A stretch of 39,145 bases of DNA from Calditrichaceae bacterium (GTDB taxonomy: Bacteria; Calditrichota; Calditrichia; Calditrichales; JBFXGD01), in contig JBFXGD010000015.1 of NCBI GenBank assembly GCA_050178385.1, forward strand, positions 1 through 39,145, given 5' to 3'. A program made the translations under genes and the position numbers. This document shows positions 19,351 through 30,192 of this stretch, one piece after another; within the stretch, counting starts at the first letter, position 1; every line of letters begins with the position of its first letter. Below the pieces are notes generated by a model. It was given only the letters and a program-made list of their open reading frames with translations, did not search any database and was not told the origin of the DNA.

Positions 19351-19767
19351 ATGAGTTCATTATGGACAAAGGTAAACAGGAATATTCCTGAGATACTTAA
19401 GCGATACCGCCATATAGCCGTAGTCGGGCTTTCTAATAAAACCCACCGCCCAAGCTACCAGGTTTCAGCGTATATGAAGTCAAATGGTTACACAATTCAT
19501 CCCGTAAATCCGAACTATGATGAAGTTCTGGGGATAAAATGTGTGGGAAGTTTAAAAGAGATTGGACAAAAAATTGAGATCGTCGATATTTTCCGCCGTT
19601 CGGAGGAAGTTTTTCCTGTGGTGGAAGAAGCGATTGCTTTGAATGCCCGTGTAATTTGGATGCAGCTTGGGGTGATCAATGAAGATGCAGCCCGAATGGC
19701 CCTGGATGCCGGGCTTGATGTCGTTATGGATCGATGCATTAAGATTGAGTACGGCTCGTTCTATTAG
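19351..19767 (+). CDS. CoA-binding protein (YccU-like)
   Basis: IAVVGLS...RPS, PVNP, VDIFRR, WMQLGV, VVMDRCIKIE. Confidence 0.93.
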   Translation: MSSLWTKVNRNIPEILKRYRHIAVVGLSNKTHRPSYQVSAYMKSNGYTIHPVNPNYDEVLGIKCVGSLKEIGQKIEIVDIFRRSEEVFPVVEEAIALNARVIWMQLGVINEDAARMALDAGLDVVMDRCIKIEYGSFY

Positions 19768-19941
19768 CTTTCCGGCCTTGATGCCCTTTTGTAAAATTAA
19801 ATCCTGCCCATGAAATCCCCAAGTCCGGATCGGGTATTTCTTTTAGGTTTGAATTATAATTCTAACTGACCCTATCAGGAATATTTTTCCAGTATCCTCA
19901 TTTATATTATCATATAATCATAACTCAAGAGGGAAAAATTA

Positions 19942-21957
19942 ATGATGCGTTACCTGCCGGTCATCGCCCTGGTTTTTTTTATGCATTTGGAAGGATTTTC
20001 GCAAATGACATCTATTCAAAATATGGAAGAAGTAGAAAAACAGGTGTATGATAAAATTTTAGAAGTCAGACAGAAGCATAATATTCACGCGCCCGATTTT
20101 CCCAAAGGATTTGACTGGATAAATACCGGAAGAAGCCTTTCGCTTGCTGAATTGAAAGGTAAAATCGTCTTGCTTGATTTCTGGACTTATTGCTGTATTA
20201 ACTGCATGCATATTATTCCGGAGTTAAAATATCTGGAGGAAAAATACGCGGATGAACCCTTCGTCGTAATCGGCGTGCATTCAGCGAAATTTGATAATGA
20301 AAAGGATGATTCCAATATCCGGCAGGCCGTACTGAGATATAATGTGGAACACCCGATCGTTGTAGATCAAAATTTTGAAATCTGGCAGTCGTATGGGGCA
20401 CGGGGATGGCCGACACTGGTCCTGCTCGACCCGGAAGGATATGTTATCGCTCATACATCCGGAGAAGGTCAGCGTGATATACTTGATGTTTATATCAGGC
20501 AGGCGCTTAAAATATATGGCAAAAAAAATGTACTTAACCGCGCCCCGCTTACTTTTCAGAAAGAAACTCAGGATGTAATCGATTCTCCGCTTCTTTACCC
20601 CGGGAAAATTATTACTGATCCTTCCGAAGAAAAACTCTATATCACTGACTCAAACCATAACCGGATCATTGTGTCCGATTTAACCGGGCAGATTCTTGAT
20701 AGAATCGGCGATGGTGAAACGGGATTGACTGACGGGGATTTTGAGCGGGCAAGATTTAATCAGCCTCAGGGACTGGCATTCTTTGATAATAAACTTTTGG
20801 TGGCGGATACAGAAAATCATGCCATCCGGTTAGTGGATTTAGATGGCCGTACAGTTAAGACTATTGCCGGAACCGGATTTCAGAACAGAACACGCATCGA
20901 TAAAGGCCCGGGTCTAAAAACAGCGTTGAATTCTCCATGGGATATCCTGGTTGTGGGTGAATACGCCTATATAGCCATGGCCGGTTCGCATCAGATCTGG
21001 CGGCTGAATCTGAATAATAATATGGTTGAACGCTACGCCGGAAACGGCCGGGAGGGACGGGGAGACGGTGAACGGCTGAAAGAAGCATATTTCGCTCAAC
21101 CGAGCGGGATTAGTTATGACGGGAGATATCTTTATGTGGCAGACTCGGAGATCAGTTCAATCCGCCGTCTTGATTTAAAGAATGACGGCCGCGTCCGGAC
21201 TGTCGCCGGAGGGGATTTATTTGATTTCGGAGATGTTGACGGAAAGGGTGATCAGGTTCGGTTCCAGCATCCCCTGGGTGTGTTTCATCATGAAGATAAA
21301 ATATATATCGCCGATACCTATAATCATAAACTCAAGTATTACCACCTAAAAACCGGAAGGGTTGAAAGTTGGGCTGGAAACGGCGTTCAGGGAAATGCAG
21401 ACGGCATATCCGCGCAATTTTATGAACCATCGGGAATGACCGTTGCAAAGGGTAAAATGTATATTACGGATACGAATAATCACGCGATTCGCGTGGTCGA
21501 TCTTAGGACAAACGAAACAACCACTCTTAGCCTAAAAACACAAAAGCAAAAAAGAGAAATAACCTCACTTGCGATGAATTCCGCTCCGGAAATTGTATTA
21601 CCGCTTCAAAAAATAAGGCCATCGGTAAAAGGATCTCTGAATTTTAGTATAGAACTGCCCGAGGCGCATCATTTTAACGAAGGAACCCCTCTGCAGTACC
21701 TGATAAAAAGCACGGACGGTATTTTAAGATTTGAAGGGGCCAATCGAATTATTACGGATGACGATCCCAAAAGAAAATTTTCAATTGAATTTACAAGCGA
21801 AAATAAAGGCGAAACGAAAATACAAACGGAACTGCTCTATTATTATTGCAGCGATTTTGACGGGATTTGTAAAATTAAATCGGTTAAATACACGATTCCC
21901 GTGCTGATCAGCGGGGACGGTGTGAGTACTATCGCTTTGCGTGAAGTGGCCGAATGA
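19942..21957 (+). CDS. Exported thioredoxin-like + NHL-repeat beta-propeller protein (NHLRC2/SOQ1-like architecture)
   Basis: LDFWTYCCINCMH, IGVHSAKF, WPTLVL; six NHL-like repeats (YPGK, FNQPQG, LNSPWD, FAQPSG, FQHPLG, FYEPSG); C-terminal YYC......C domain. Confidence 0.9.
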   Translation: MMRYLPVIALVFFMHLEGFSQMTSIQNMEEVEKQVYDKILEVRQKHNIHAPDFPKGFDWINTGRSLSLAELKGKIVLLDFWTYCCINCMHIIPELKYLEEKYADEPFVVIGVHSAKFDNEKDDSNIRQAVLRYNVEHPIVVDQNFEIWQSYGARGWPTLVLLDPEGYVIAHTSGEGQRDILDVYIRQALKIYGKKNVLNRAPLTFQKETQDVIDSPLLYPGKIITDPSEEKLYITDSNHNRIIVSDLTGQILDRIGDGETGLTDGDFERARFNQPQGLAFFDNKLLVADTENHAIRLVDLDGRTVKTIAGTGFQNRTRIDKGPGLKTALNSPWDILVVGEYAYIAMAGSHQIWRLNLNNNMVERYAGNGREGRGDGERLKEAYFAQPSGISYDGRYLYVADSEISSIRRLDLKNDGRVRTVAGGDLFDFGDVDGKGDQVRFQHPLGVFHHEDKIYIADTYNHKLKYYHLKTGRVESWAGNGVQGNADGISAQFYEPSGMTVAKGKMYITDTNNHAIRVVDLRTNETTTLSLKTQKQKREITSLAMNSAPEIVLPLQKIRPSVKGSLNFSIELPEAHHFNEGTPLQYLIKSTDGILRFEGANRIITDDDPKRKFSIEFTSENKGETKIQTELLYYYCSDFDGICKIKSVKYTIPVLISGDGVSTIALREVAE

Positions 21958-21984
21958 CAAGGATTGAAGAATACAACTCTTAAA

Positions 21985-22536
21985 CTATGAATTTAAACCG
22001 AGACTTGACGCGACACCGCTTAGCGCGCTGATAACAAATTCAACGTGCGCGGTGAACTCTACACCTAATTCTTCCGCTCCGCGTGTAATCTCCTCACGGT
22101 TTACTTTGGCGGCGAAGCTTTTATCTTTCAGTTTTTTCTTTACCGATTTAAATTGAACTTCACTTATGGAGCGGCTTGGACGGACCAGTGTGACCGCTGT
22201 GATAAATCCGCAAAGTTCATCAACTGCGTATAAGGTTTTAGCCATCAACGTTTCTCTCGGAACTCCGCTGAAATCGGCATGACCTAAGATGGCTGTCCGG
22301 ATGTCTTCGGGAATATTTTTGTCCCTGAGCAGCTCGGAACCTTTTATCGGATGCTCATCAGGGTATTTTTCGTAATCAAAATCATGCAGCAATCCGACAA
22401 TACCCCATTTCTCCACATCCTCGTTATATTTTGCAGCGTAGGCGCGCATGGCGGCTTCAACCGCGTAGGCGTGTTTTAATAAGCTGTCTGTTTTAGTGTA
22501 TTCATTAAGAATATTCAATGCTTCCTGACGATCCAT
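21985..22536 (-). CDS. HD-superfamily (HDIG-type) predicted hydrolase
   Basis: KHAYAVEAAM, GLLHDFDYE, AVDELCGFI..V.LVRPS, KDKSFAAKVNR. Confidence 0.88.
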   Translation of the reverse strand: MDRQEALNILNEYTKTDSLLKHAYAVEAAMRAYAAKYNEDVEKWGIVGLLHDFDYEKYPDEHPIKGSELLRDKNIPEDIRTAILGHADFSGVPRETLMAKTLYAVDELCGFITAVTLVRPSRSISEVQFKSVKKKLKDKSFAAKVNREEITRGAEELGVEFTAHVEFVISALSGVASSLGLNS

Positions 22537-22573
22537 TTTTATTTTCCTGTGATAATCTCTGGTAACTGTTGGA

Positions 22574-23329
22574 TTAACCGCACATCAGATGACCGGCGTT
22601 CACGCTCAAAACGGCTCCTGTTATGGCTCGCGCCAGATCCGAGGCCATAAATGCGACGGGTCCCGCGAGATCATCCGGGCTTGGGACAAATCCGAGCGGT
22701 ATTGTGGAGAGAATATGGTCGTAATTTTCACGGATAGCTTCTGATGACATATCCGTTTCCACCCAGCCGGGCGCGACACAATTCACGCGTATTTTGTCCG
22801 GTCCAAGTTCTGACGCCAGTGCTTTGGTAAAACTTATCATCGCTCCTTTCGAAGCGGCGTAATGAGAATGAAAGGCTTCACCACGCTGACCGGCGGCTGA
22901 TGAAATATTGATAATGCATCCTTTAATTTCATTTTCTTTCATATGTTTAACAATATAGTGAGAAAAATAAAACACACTATCCAGATTGACCTGCATGGTT
23001 TTACGCCAGTTCTCGACACTCATTTCTTCAATTTTACCGTATTCCCAAATCCCGGCATTATTGATGAGAATATCTATGTGATTGAATTTATCAATGACCT
23101 TATTTATAAAACCCTGAACTTCCTGATAATCACTGATATCACATTCGCTAAAAAAAATTTCACCTTCAAATTTCTGACATTCTTTCGAGACGGATTCGGC
23201 GGCTCTGTAATTTTTATTATAGTTAAATGCGACATTCGCACCCAGTGACATAAATAATTTTACAGTGGCGGCCCCTATGCCTCTGCTTCCACCCGTAACG
23301 ATAACATTCTTCCCTTTAAAGTCGAACAT
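22574..23329 (-). CDS. Short-chain dehydrogenase/reductase (FabG-like)
   Basis: TGGSRGIG, NNAGI, catalytic YAASK, NCVAPGWVETDM. Confidence 0.9.
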   Translation of the reverse strand: MFDFKGKNVIVTGGSRGIGAATVKLFMSLGANVAFNYNKNYRAAESVSKECQKFEGEIFFSECDISDYQEVQGFINKVIDKFNHIDILINNAGIWEYGKIEEMSVENWRKTMQVNLDSVFYFSHYIVKHMKENEIKGCIINISSAAGQRGEAFHSHYAASKGAMISFTKALASELGPDKIRVNCVAPGWVETDMSSEAIRENYDHILSTIPLGFVPSPDDLAGPVAFMASDLARAITGAVLSVNAGHLMCG

Positions 23330-23540
23330 TTAAAGCCTCCTGTCTATAACCGAAATCTATAATCATTAACACATTTCCAATAAGTCTTAATTCCATATAA
23401 AAAAGAAGAACCGAATAAGTAAAAACACATGAAGAGTTTATCTGCTGAAAATACCTGAGAAATATACTTATAGTTTGTTTAATATGAAAATTTTCTATAA
23501 TTTATTTTTTAACAGTCAAATAAAATATACGGAGTGAGAT

Positions 23541-24029
23541 GTGAAAAAATTTTTATCTTTGATTATAATATCATTAATGATATTTTCTATTTTCAGCTGC
23601 AGCGGTAAAAATGAAGACGTGAAAGAAGAACAATCATTAAAGTCAGAAATAAAGAAGGAAACAATTATGCCAATTTCAATTCCGGATGACGCAGTAACCA
23701 CCAGTTCAGGTTTAAAATATGTTGAGATTAAAGAAGGGGACGGCGCGCAGCCTCAGAAGGGCAATACAGTCGTTGTTCACTATACCGGCTGGCTGCTTGA
23801 CGGTAAAAAGTTTGACAGTTCGGTTGACAGGAACCAGAAGTTTGAGTTTGTTTACGGTGTCGGCCAGGTTATCAGGGGCTGGGACGAAGGTCTTTCAACG
23901 ATGAAAGTCGGTGGAAAACGCAAACTGTTTATTCCTGCTGATCTCGGCTACGGATCAAGAGGCGCGGGCGGTGTTATTCCACCGAATGCCACACTGGTCT
24001 TTGATGTTGAATTGTTTGATATCAAATAA
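23541..24029 (+). CDS. FKBP-type peptidyl-prolyl isomerase, probable lipoprotein
   Basis: Lipobox-like [47 protein letters not shown]. Confidence 0.95.
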   Translation: MKKFLSLIIISLMIFSIFSCSGKNEDVKEEQSLKSEIKKETIMPISIPDDAVTTSSGLKYVEIKEGDGAQPQKGNTVVVHYTGWLLDGKKFDSSVDRNQKFEFVYGVGQVIRGWDEGLSTMKVGGKRKLFIPADLGYGSRGAGGVIPPNATLVFDVELFDIK

Positions 24030-24033
24030 AACT

Positions 24034-24062
24034 AAGCTCACCGATTCGGTGAGCTTTTTTTT
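24034..24062 (+). terminator. Intrinsic terminator between the convergent FKBP and recQ genes
   Basis: AAGCTCACCGA-T-TCGGTGAGCTT inverted repeat plus T-run. Confidence 0.85.
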
Positions 24063-24074
24063 AGCTTAAAAATG

Positions 24075-26081
24075 TTATTTCTTATCGTCAGATTTGAATA
24101 ACTGACGGTATCCAGGCTCTGTGAGAGTGAGGACGGGGTAATTTCCGGCGCTTTTGGTCAAAAATCCTTTCTGAAGCGCGGTATAGATTAATTTGATAAT
24201 CGTTTTTTCATTCTTTTCCATCATAGAGCCGAAAAAAGGACTGCGATCAATTCTTTGTGCCCTAAAACGGTCTTCGTCGATGCCTTTTAGTATATTGCTA
24301 AAAGTTGTTACACCGAATTTCCCGTCGAACTCCTCAATACATCCCAATATGAGCGAAAAATCATCATGGTTATGCTGTGATTTATCTGTGTTTTCTGATT
24401 CGGGGGATCGCCATCCGAGACAATGATCACATCCGCCGCAATTATCTTTTTCATGGTCTTCACCAAAATAAGCAAGAATATATTTTCTTCGGCAATGAAA
24501 ACCATGAACATAAGATTCCACATCATCAAGCCGGTTTAGCTGCAGGGATTTCTGTTTCCCATATGCATCAAAATCGATTGGTATTTTGGACCATAAAGTA
24601 TGGACGGACGTTAACTCTATCCCCCGTCCCCGGAAAGGTGGAGTATAGAATAGTATATTTTTTGATTCCAATTCTCTCATGGTATGGGAAAACTGATCCG
24701 CTGTGATTTCCAGCGCGTTCAGAGGATCTTCCAACGGTGTGTAATCCTCGATTCTATTCGAAAGCCACTCAAAAACCAGTTTTTGTAAGGGAGCTCTTTT
24801 TATCTTTTGAGACGCGGTTTGATAATCTTCCATTATTTCAAACTTAAAATGAAGAACCTGTTTGGCCATACGCTTTAGTATTCCGTGACGTTCAAATAGA
24901 AGAATGGCTGAAGCGACCTGCAGGTCGTTGCATTTGATATCTGACCCAATTTCAGTATAAGTCTGCAAAATCTGTTTTTTGTTCATGCTGAACAGATGGT
25001 CATAGATTTTTTTGAGTACATCTTCAGACGGAAAGCTGTTATCAATTAAAAACTCCTGAATTTTTCTGTCCTTATAACTATAAAACAGCAGGCAGTATGA
25101 GGTTTTGCCGTCTCTTCCGGCCCGGCCGGCTTCCTGGTAATAAGCTTCCATAGAACCGGGCATATTATAATGGATAACAAACCGTACATCAGCTTTATCA
25201 ATACCCATTCCAAAGGCGTTGGTGGCAACAATGACCCGTGTCTGTCCGCTCAGCCACTGATTCTGAGCAGAGTCCCGCGATGTTTTTTCCATCCCTCCGT
25301 GATATCCTGTAGAGGAAATTCTATTTTCCTTCAACAGGAGGCTAACTTCCCGGACCCCTTTTTTGGTTGATACATACACAATCCCGGATCCTTTTACTGA
25401 CGTTGCGATCCTGATCAGTTCGCGCTTCTTCTGATCCTCGGAGATATCGATTGCAAAATATTTAAGATTAGGACGGTCAAATCCTGTAATGTAAATATGG
25501 GGATTTTTAAGTCCAAGCTGCGTCAAAATATCTTTTTGAACATCTCTGGTCGCTGTCGCCGTCAGGGCAATAACCGGTGGATTCCCTAAAGACCCGATGA
25601 TTTTCTGGAGTCTGAGATATGATGGTCTGAAATCATGCCCCCATTGAGAAATACAATGCGCTTCATCAACAGCGAAAAGAGAAATCTTGATCTGGCTGAT
25701 CAGCTTTATAAAAGAAGCAACCTGAAATCTTTCCGGCGCAATATACAGCAGTTTATATTTTCCATCCCGAACATCCCGGATGCGGGACTCAGTCTCATGG
25801 TAATTGAGAGTGCTGTTCAGGAATACCGCCGAAATCCCGGATTTTTCCAAACCTTCAACCTGGTCTTTCATAAGGGCGATGAGCGGGGAAATAACCAGTG
25901 TAACTCCCGGAAGCATCAGCGCGGGAACCTGGTAACACAAGGATTTACCGCTTCCGGTCGGCATAACCACAAGTGTGTCTTCCCCCGATAAGACGGAATT
26001 AATAATTTCTTCTTGTGAAGGGCGGAAATTGGAAAATTTAAAATGTTTTTTCAGAATTTTCCGCGCGTTGCTCAGATTCAT
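24075..26081 (-). CDS. recQ: RecQ-family ATP-dependent DNA helicase (Zn-binding + RQC, no obvious HRDC)
   Basis: [54 protein letters not shown]...CGGCDHC. Confidence 0.93.
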   Translation of the reverse strand: MNLSNARKILKKHFKFSNFRPSQEEIINSVLSGEDTLVVMPTGSGKSLCYQVPALMLPGVTLVISPLIALMKDQVEGLEKSGISAVFLNSTLNYHETESRIRDVRDGKYKLLYIAPERFQVASFIKLISQIKISLFAVDEAHCISQWGHDFRPSYLRLQKIIGSLGNPPVIALTATATRDVQKDILTQLGLKNPHIYITGFDRPNLKYFAIDISEDQKKRELIRIATSVKGSGIVYVSTKKGVREVSLLLKENRISSTGYHGGMEKTSRDSAQNQWLSGQTRVIVATNAFGMGIDKADVRFVIHYNMPGSMEAYYQEAGRAGRDGKTSYCLLFYSYKDRKIQEFLIDNSFPSEDVLKKIYDHLFSMNKKQILQTYTEIGSDIKCNDLQVASAILLFERHGILKRMAKQVLHFKFEIMEDYQTASQKIKRAPLQKLVFEWLSNRIEDYTPLEDPLNALEITADQFSHTMRELESKNILFYTPPFRGRGIELTSVHTLWSKIPIDFDAYGKQKSLQLNRLDDVESYVHGFHCRRKYILAYFGEDHEKDNCGGCDHCLGWRSPESENTDKSQHNHDDFSLILGCIEEFDGKFGVTTFSNILKGIDEDRFRAQRIDRSPFFGSMMEKNEKTIIKLIYTALQKGFLTKSAGNYPVLTLTEPGYRQLFKSDDKK

Positions 26082-26114
26082 TCAATGGGCTCAAAAGTAA
26101 AGGTGAAAAAAAAA

Positions 26115-27323
26115 TTAGGCGTTGTCTTTTTCAATAGAATCTATAACCATCTCATAAAACTCGGGAATGGCGGAGTTAATCCGGTTCCAGCTCGGAATAG
26201 CCGGGAGTTCCATGGGGCTGGCCAGGAATTGATCACCGGCGATGATAATGCTCCTCAGGAAAACTTCAATCGATTTTTCTTCCGCGTGACGGTCATACAG
26301 CAGAGCGTTTATAGCGGCATCGTGTGAATATTTTTCCACAAAGTCCAGAGCAGTTCGCAAATAAGTCGCTTTAATTGTTCGGAATAACTGATCTGAAAAA
26401 ACGACTCCCATGCTGGCCAGAACCCGATAAAAGGATTTGGCGATATCAATTGTCATTTTTGCCAGGCCGGTGTTGGGGTTATCTTCCGATAATTTTTGAT
26501 GTTTATGATCATATTGATCTGCAATATCCACCTGACACATCTGGTTTTTCGCGTAATTTCGGTAAATCTCATTTAACGTGCCAATTTCGAGACCCCAATC
26601 TGTGGGCAGACGCAGCGTCTGCGCCACATCATTCAATAATGCGACTTCTCCGGACAGAGGATAACGAAATGAATCAATATAATCAAGATAATCTATCGGT
26701 CCCAATATCCGTTTAAGTGTTCTGATTAATGGGGTTATGAATAATCTTGCCACACGTCCGTTTAGGTGTTCGGAGACGCGGCTGTAATAGCCTTTGCAGA
26801 ACCGGAAATTCATTGTTGGCGATGCCATCGGAAAAACAAGCTTCGCGAGAAGAGAGCGTTCATAGGTTATAATATCGCAATCGTGAATAGCGAACACCCG
26901 GGCGTCTCCGACAGCCAGAAGATAACCAAAACTCATCCACACATTTCGCCCTTTTCCCTCATCTCCGGCTGGCAAATTCTGATCTTTAAGTAATTTGTAA
27001 AGTTCCTGCATCCGTTTTCCCCGGTGCCAGATGATCCGGTGCTTTTGCGGGAGGGCAGAAAAAAATGTACGGGCGTGGTTAAATTCCTTTTCATCGGCGC
27101 GATCCAGACCGATTACAATTTCATTCAAATAGGGAACTTTTATCAGCTCATCCACAATTAGCGGAAGAGCGGGACCACGCAGCTCGCTGTAAAGGGACGG
27201 AAGAACGAGCGCGATGGGACGCTTTTGGGCAAACTGACAGATCTTATCCTCAATTTCCTGAAGAGGGTGATCTGTCAGATGATGAAGTGTAGTGATGGCT
27301 CCATTCTGAAAAAAATCCGACAT
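26115..27323 (-). CDS. gpgS: Glucosyl-3-phosphoglycerate synthase
   Basis: MSDFFQNGAITTLH, GKGRNVW, HDCDI (DxD), KGYYSR, GRVARL, YPLSGE, DWGLEIG, YDHKHQ; adjacent to an MpgP/GpgP-type phosphatase. Confidence 0.85.
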   Translation of the reverse strand: MSDFFQNGAITTLHHLTDHPLQEIEDKICQFAQKRPIALVLPSLYSELRGPALPLIVDELIKVPYLNEIVIGLDRADEKEFNHARTFFSALPQKHRIIWHRGKRMQELYKLLKDQNLPAGDEGKGRNVWMSFGYLLAVGDARVFAIHDCDIITYERSLLAKLVFPMASPTMNFRFCKGYYSRVSEHLNGRVARLFITPLIRTLKRILGPIDYLDYIDSFRYPLSGEVALLNDVAQTLRLPTDWGLEIGTLNEIYRNYAKNQMCQVDIADQYDHKHQKLSEDNPNTGLAKMTIDIAKSFYRVLASMGVVFSDQLFRTIKATYLRTALDFVEKYSHDAAINALLYDRHAEEKSIEVFLRSIIIAGDQFLASPMELPAIPSWNRINSAIPEFYEMVIDSIEKDNA

Positions 27324-27346
27324 GTAAATCTCCTTTATTTTAGGGA

Positions 27347-28213
27347 TTAGTCATGCGGAGACAGTTTTATAATCTTAGTGATGGCTTCATTCCATCCTGC
27401 CGGCCCGATGTTATTCGTCAGAAGCAGATTTTTATGATGGATACCGGACTGATGAAGGCCTGTTTTCTTTTTAACCAGGACAGCGTAATCGGTCGCGAGC
27501 AGCAGTTCCCGATCATTCATGCTGTCGCCGATTCCAATTGTCGAAAAAGTTGTATCACCTGAGCTGAGGCGGTAAAGACTAATCAATTTCTTAACTGCGA
27601 TTCCCTTATCAGTGTTCCCGATCAGGTGATAAAATCGATTACCGCGCAGCAGCCGGAATCCATTTTTCTCTACAAAGTTTTGCAGAAGATCAAGATTTCC
27701 GGGATTTTTCAAAAACACAAAAGGCTCGCTGTACAGACGGGTTTTGGCCAATTCTGAATCACTAACTGATAGACCGGTGTAATGAGCAATTTCCTCCGGT
27801 GCCATCTCATGAAACCCTTTTAGGGACAAATCAAATTTACGTTTGATTCTCCCAAAAAATTTAATGATTAAATCATAAGTTTGTCCGAGTACAAGAACGT
27901 CGTATTCATTATCATAGGATACGCCCCCGGTTTTAACTTTAAAGTATTCCTTTCGAAAAAAAACAGCGCTGCCGTTTTCAACAATCAGCGGTCCGGAAAG
28001 GCCGCATTTTTTACAGATTTCCAGCACTTCGATATGGGTTTTACTCGTACAGGGAATAACCGGTATATCCCTGTTTTTCAGATATCGCAGGGATTCTATA
28101 GCGGGATCAAACGAGTACGTATCGACATCCAGAAGGGTGCCGTCTAAATCTGTAAAAATGAGCCAGTTAATTTTTGCCGTCCTTATCGTGTTAAGTAAAT
28201 TGTTTCCGGTCAT
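27347..28213 (-). CDS. gpgP: HAD-IIB glucosyl/mannosyl-3-phosphoglycerate phosphatase
   Basis: FTDLDGTLLD, CTSKT, VENGS, R.YSEPF, G.RFYH, DKG.AV, GDSMND, GPAGWNE. Confidence 0.82.
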   Translation of the reverse strand: MTGNNLLNTIRTAKINWLIFTDLDGTLLDVDTYSFDPAIESLRYLKNRDIPVIPCTSKTHIEVLEICKKCGLSGPLIVENGSAVFFRKEYFKVKTGGVSYDNEYDVLVLGQTYDLIIKFFGRIKRKFDLSLKGFHEMAPEEIAHYTGLSVSDSELAKTRLYSEPFVFLKNPGNLDLLQNFVEKNGFRLLRGNRFYHLIGNTDKGIAVKKLISLYRLSSGDTTFSTIGIGDSMNDRELLLATDYAVLVKKKTGLHQSGIHHKNLLLTNNIGPAGWNEAITKIIKLSPHD

Positions 28214-28369
28214 CCTGAAGAAATAAATTTTTGAAAAAGCCTTAATGCCATTATATTAAACATACTCCGGTAAATAAAGTATCAAATAATTTAATTTATA
28301 CCATATGTCTAATTAGTCAATGCCTGAATCGATTTATCAAATAATTGAATTTTGCGCGGAGAACTTTAA

Positions 28370-30100
28370 ATGACCAAAAAAGAAGTTGTTGCCATACTGG
28401 AAGAAATAGGGACGATTCTCGATCTAAAAGGTGAGAATCCGTTTAAATCACGGGCATATTTCACCGCGGCGAGAGCTATTGAAACCCAGGTCGATGATAT
28501 TACCGAAATGGTAAAGAGTGGTGAAATATCGGATGTCAGGGGAATAGGCAAAGCTATATCGGAAAAGCTGACGATCTTAATTGAAACAGGACGGCTTCCA
28601 TATTATGATGATTTAAAAAACAGTATACCCGCGGGATTACTTGATATGCTCGAGATACCCGGTATGGGCCCGAAGAAAGTAAAAGCGGTGTATGAAAAAC
28701 TGCATGTTACAAGTATCGGTGAGCTGGAATATGCCTGCGCCGAAAATCGCCTGCGTGACCTGGAAGGATTCGGTCAAAAAAGTCAGGATAAAATTTTTGA
28801 GGGCATTCAGCTACGGAAAAAATACAGGGAAAGATTTCATTTTCATATCGCGATGATGGAGGCGGAAACCATCGGGGAATATCTAAAAAAGAATTCAATG
28901 ATCAATCGAATGGAGTTTGCCGGTAGCCTGCGCCGTAAAAAAGAGACGATAAAAGATATTGATTTTGTTGCTTCATGCCTGGATAAAGACCGTAAATCCA
29001 TCATGGATTACTTTGTGAATTATCCCGAAAAAGTGACCGTGACGGGTCACGGTGAAACAAAGTCGGCAATGGTGCTTAGCAGTGGGATGGTTTGTGAACT
29101 GCGGTTAGTCTCGGATGATCAGTATCCCTTCCTGTTGCATCATTCCACGGGAAGCAAAGAACACAATACCTCTTTGAGACAGCGCGCCAAAAAAATGAAT
29201 ATGACAATGAACGAATACGGTCTCTTTAACATTGGAAGTAATGAAAGTATTGTCTGCGGCGATGAAGAAGCCATCTTCAACAATTTAAAGTTAAATTTTA
29301 TACCGCCAGAACTCAGAGAAAACAATGGCGAGATTGAATCCGCTGAACAGGGAGAAATCCCGGACCTTGTGAGTCCGGATCAGCTCCGGGGAATATTTCA
29401 TGTTCATACAACTCACAGCGACGGCGCCGCATCCATCAGTGAAATGGCGGATGCATGTAAAAAGCTGGGAATGGATTATATCGGGATTACCGATCACAGT
29501 AAATCCGCCTTTTACGCGAATGGTTTGACGGAAGACAGAGTAAAGAAGCAACACGATGAAATCGATGCCATCAACGACAAGCTGAAAGATTTTACCATTT
29601 TTAAAGGAATTGAAGCCGATATTCTTCCTGACGGAAATATGGACTTTGATGACGATGTTCTCGCCTCTTTTGATTTTGTTATCGCCTCGGTACATTCAAG
29701 TTTTAATATGAGTGAAGAGGATATGACCGGGCGAATCTGCCGGGCGCTTGAAAATCCATATGTTACAATGCTGGGTCATCCCACCGGAAGACTGCTGCTT
29801 GGCCGCGAAGCTTATCCGGTGGATATGAAGAGAGTTATTGAAACGGCGGCAAAATTTGGCAAAATAATTGAAATAAACGCGAATCCGTATCGTCTTGATC
29901 TTGACTGGCGCTGGGGGCGTTTCGCGAACGAGCTTGGAGTGAAAACATCCATAAATCCCGACGCGCATGCCGTTGAAGGCTTAAAAGATATCGGGATAGG
30001 CGCCGGAATCGCCAGAAAAGGGTGGTTTAAACCCCGGTCAGTATTCAATACGTACCCGGTTGAAAAGATTAAAAGCGAATTGATAGGAATGCGGGGATAA
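28370..30100 (+). CDS. polX: DNA polymerase X / PHP 3'-5' exonuclease
   Basis: GENPFKSRAY, HhH motifs (GIGK, PGMGPKK), AGSLRR.KETIKDID, TGSKEHN; PHP motifs HVHTTHSDG, ITDHS, GHPTGR, EINA, NPDAH. Confidence 0.95.
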   Translation: MTKKEVVAILEEIGTILDLKGENPFKSRAYFTAARAIETQVDDITEMVKSGEISDVRGIGKAISEKLTILIETGRLPYYDDLKNSIPAGLLDMLEIPGMGPKKVKAVYEKLHVTSIGELEYACAENRLRDLEGFGQKSQDKIFEGIQLRKKYRERFHFHIAMMEAETIGEYLKKNSMINRMEFAGSLRRKKETIKDIDFVASCLDKDRKSIMDYFVNYPEKVTVTGHGETKSAMVLSSGMVCELRLVSDDQYPFLLHHSTGSKEHNTSLRQRAKKMNMTMNEYGLFNIGSNESIVCGDEEAIFNNLKLNFIPPELRENNGEIESAEQGEIPDLVSPDQLRGIFHVHTTHSDGAASISEMADACKKLGMDYIGITDHSKSAFYANGLTEDRVKKQHDEIDAINDKLKDFTIFKGIEADILPDGNMDFDDDVLASFDFVIASVHSSFNMSEEDMTGRICRALENPYVTMLGHPTGRLLLGREAYPVDMKRVIETAAKFGKIIEINANPYRLDLDWRWGRFANELGVKTSINPDAHAVEGLKDIGIGAGIARKGWFKPRSVFNTYPVEKIKSELIGMRG

Positions 30101-30192
30101 CGAGAAGAAATGGTGTTCCTTTAGAAGACCTATAGCATTTAAGAAAAAACTTACTTATGTTTATAGTCTGAGTTTAATCTGCTGGAGGAAGA

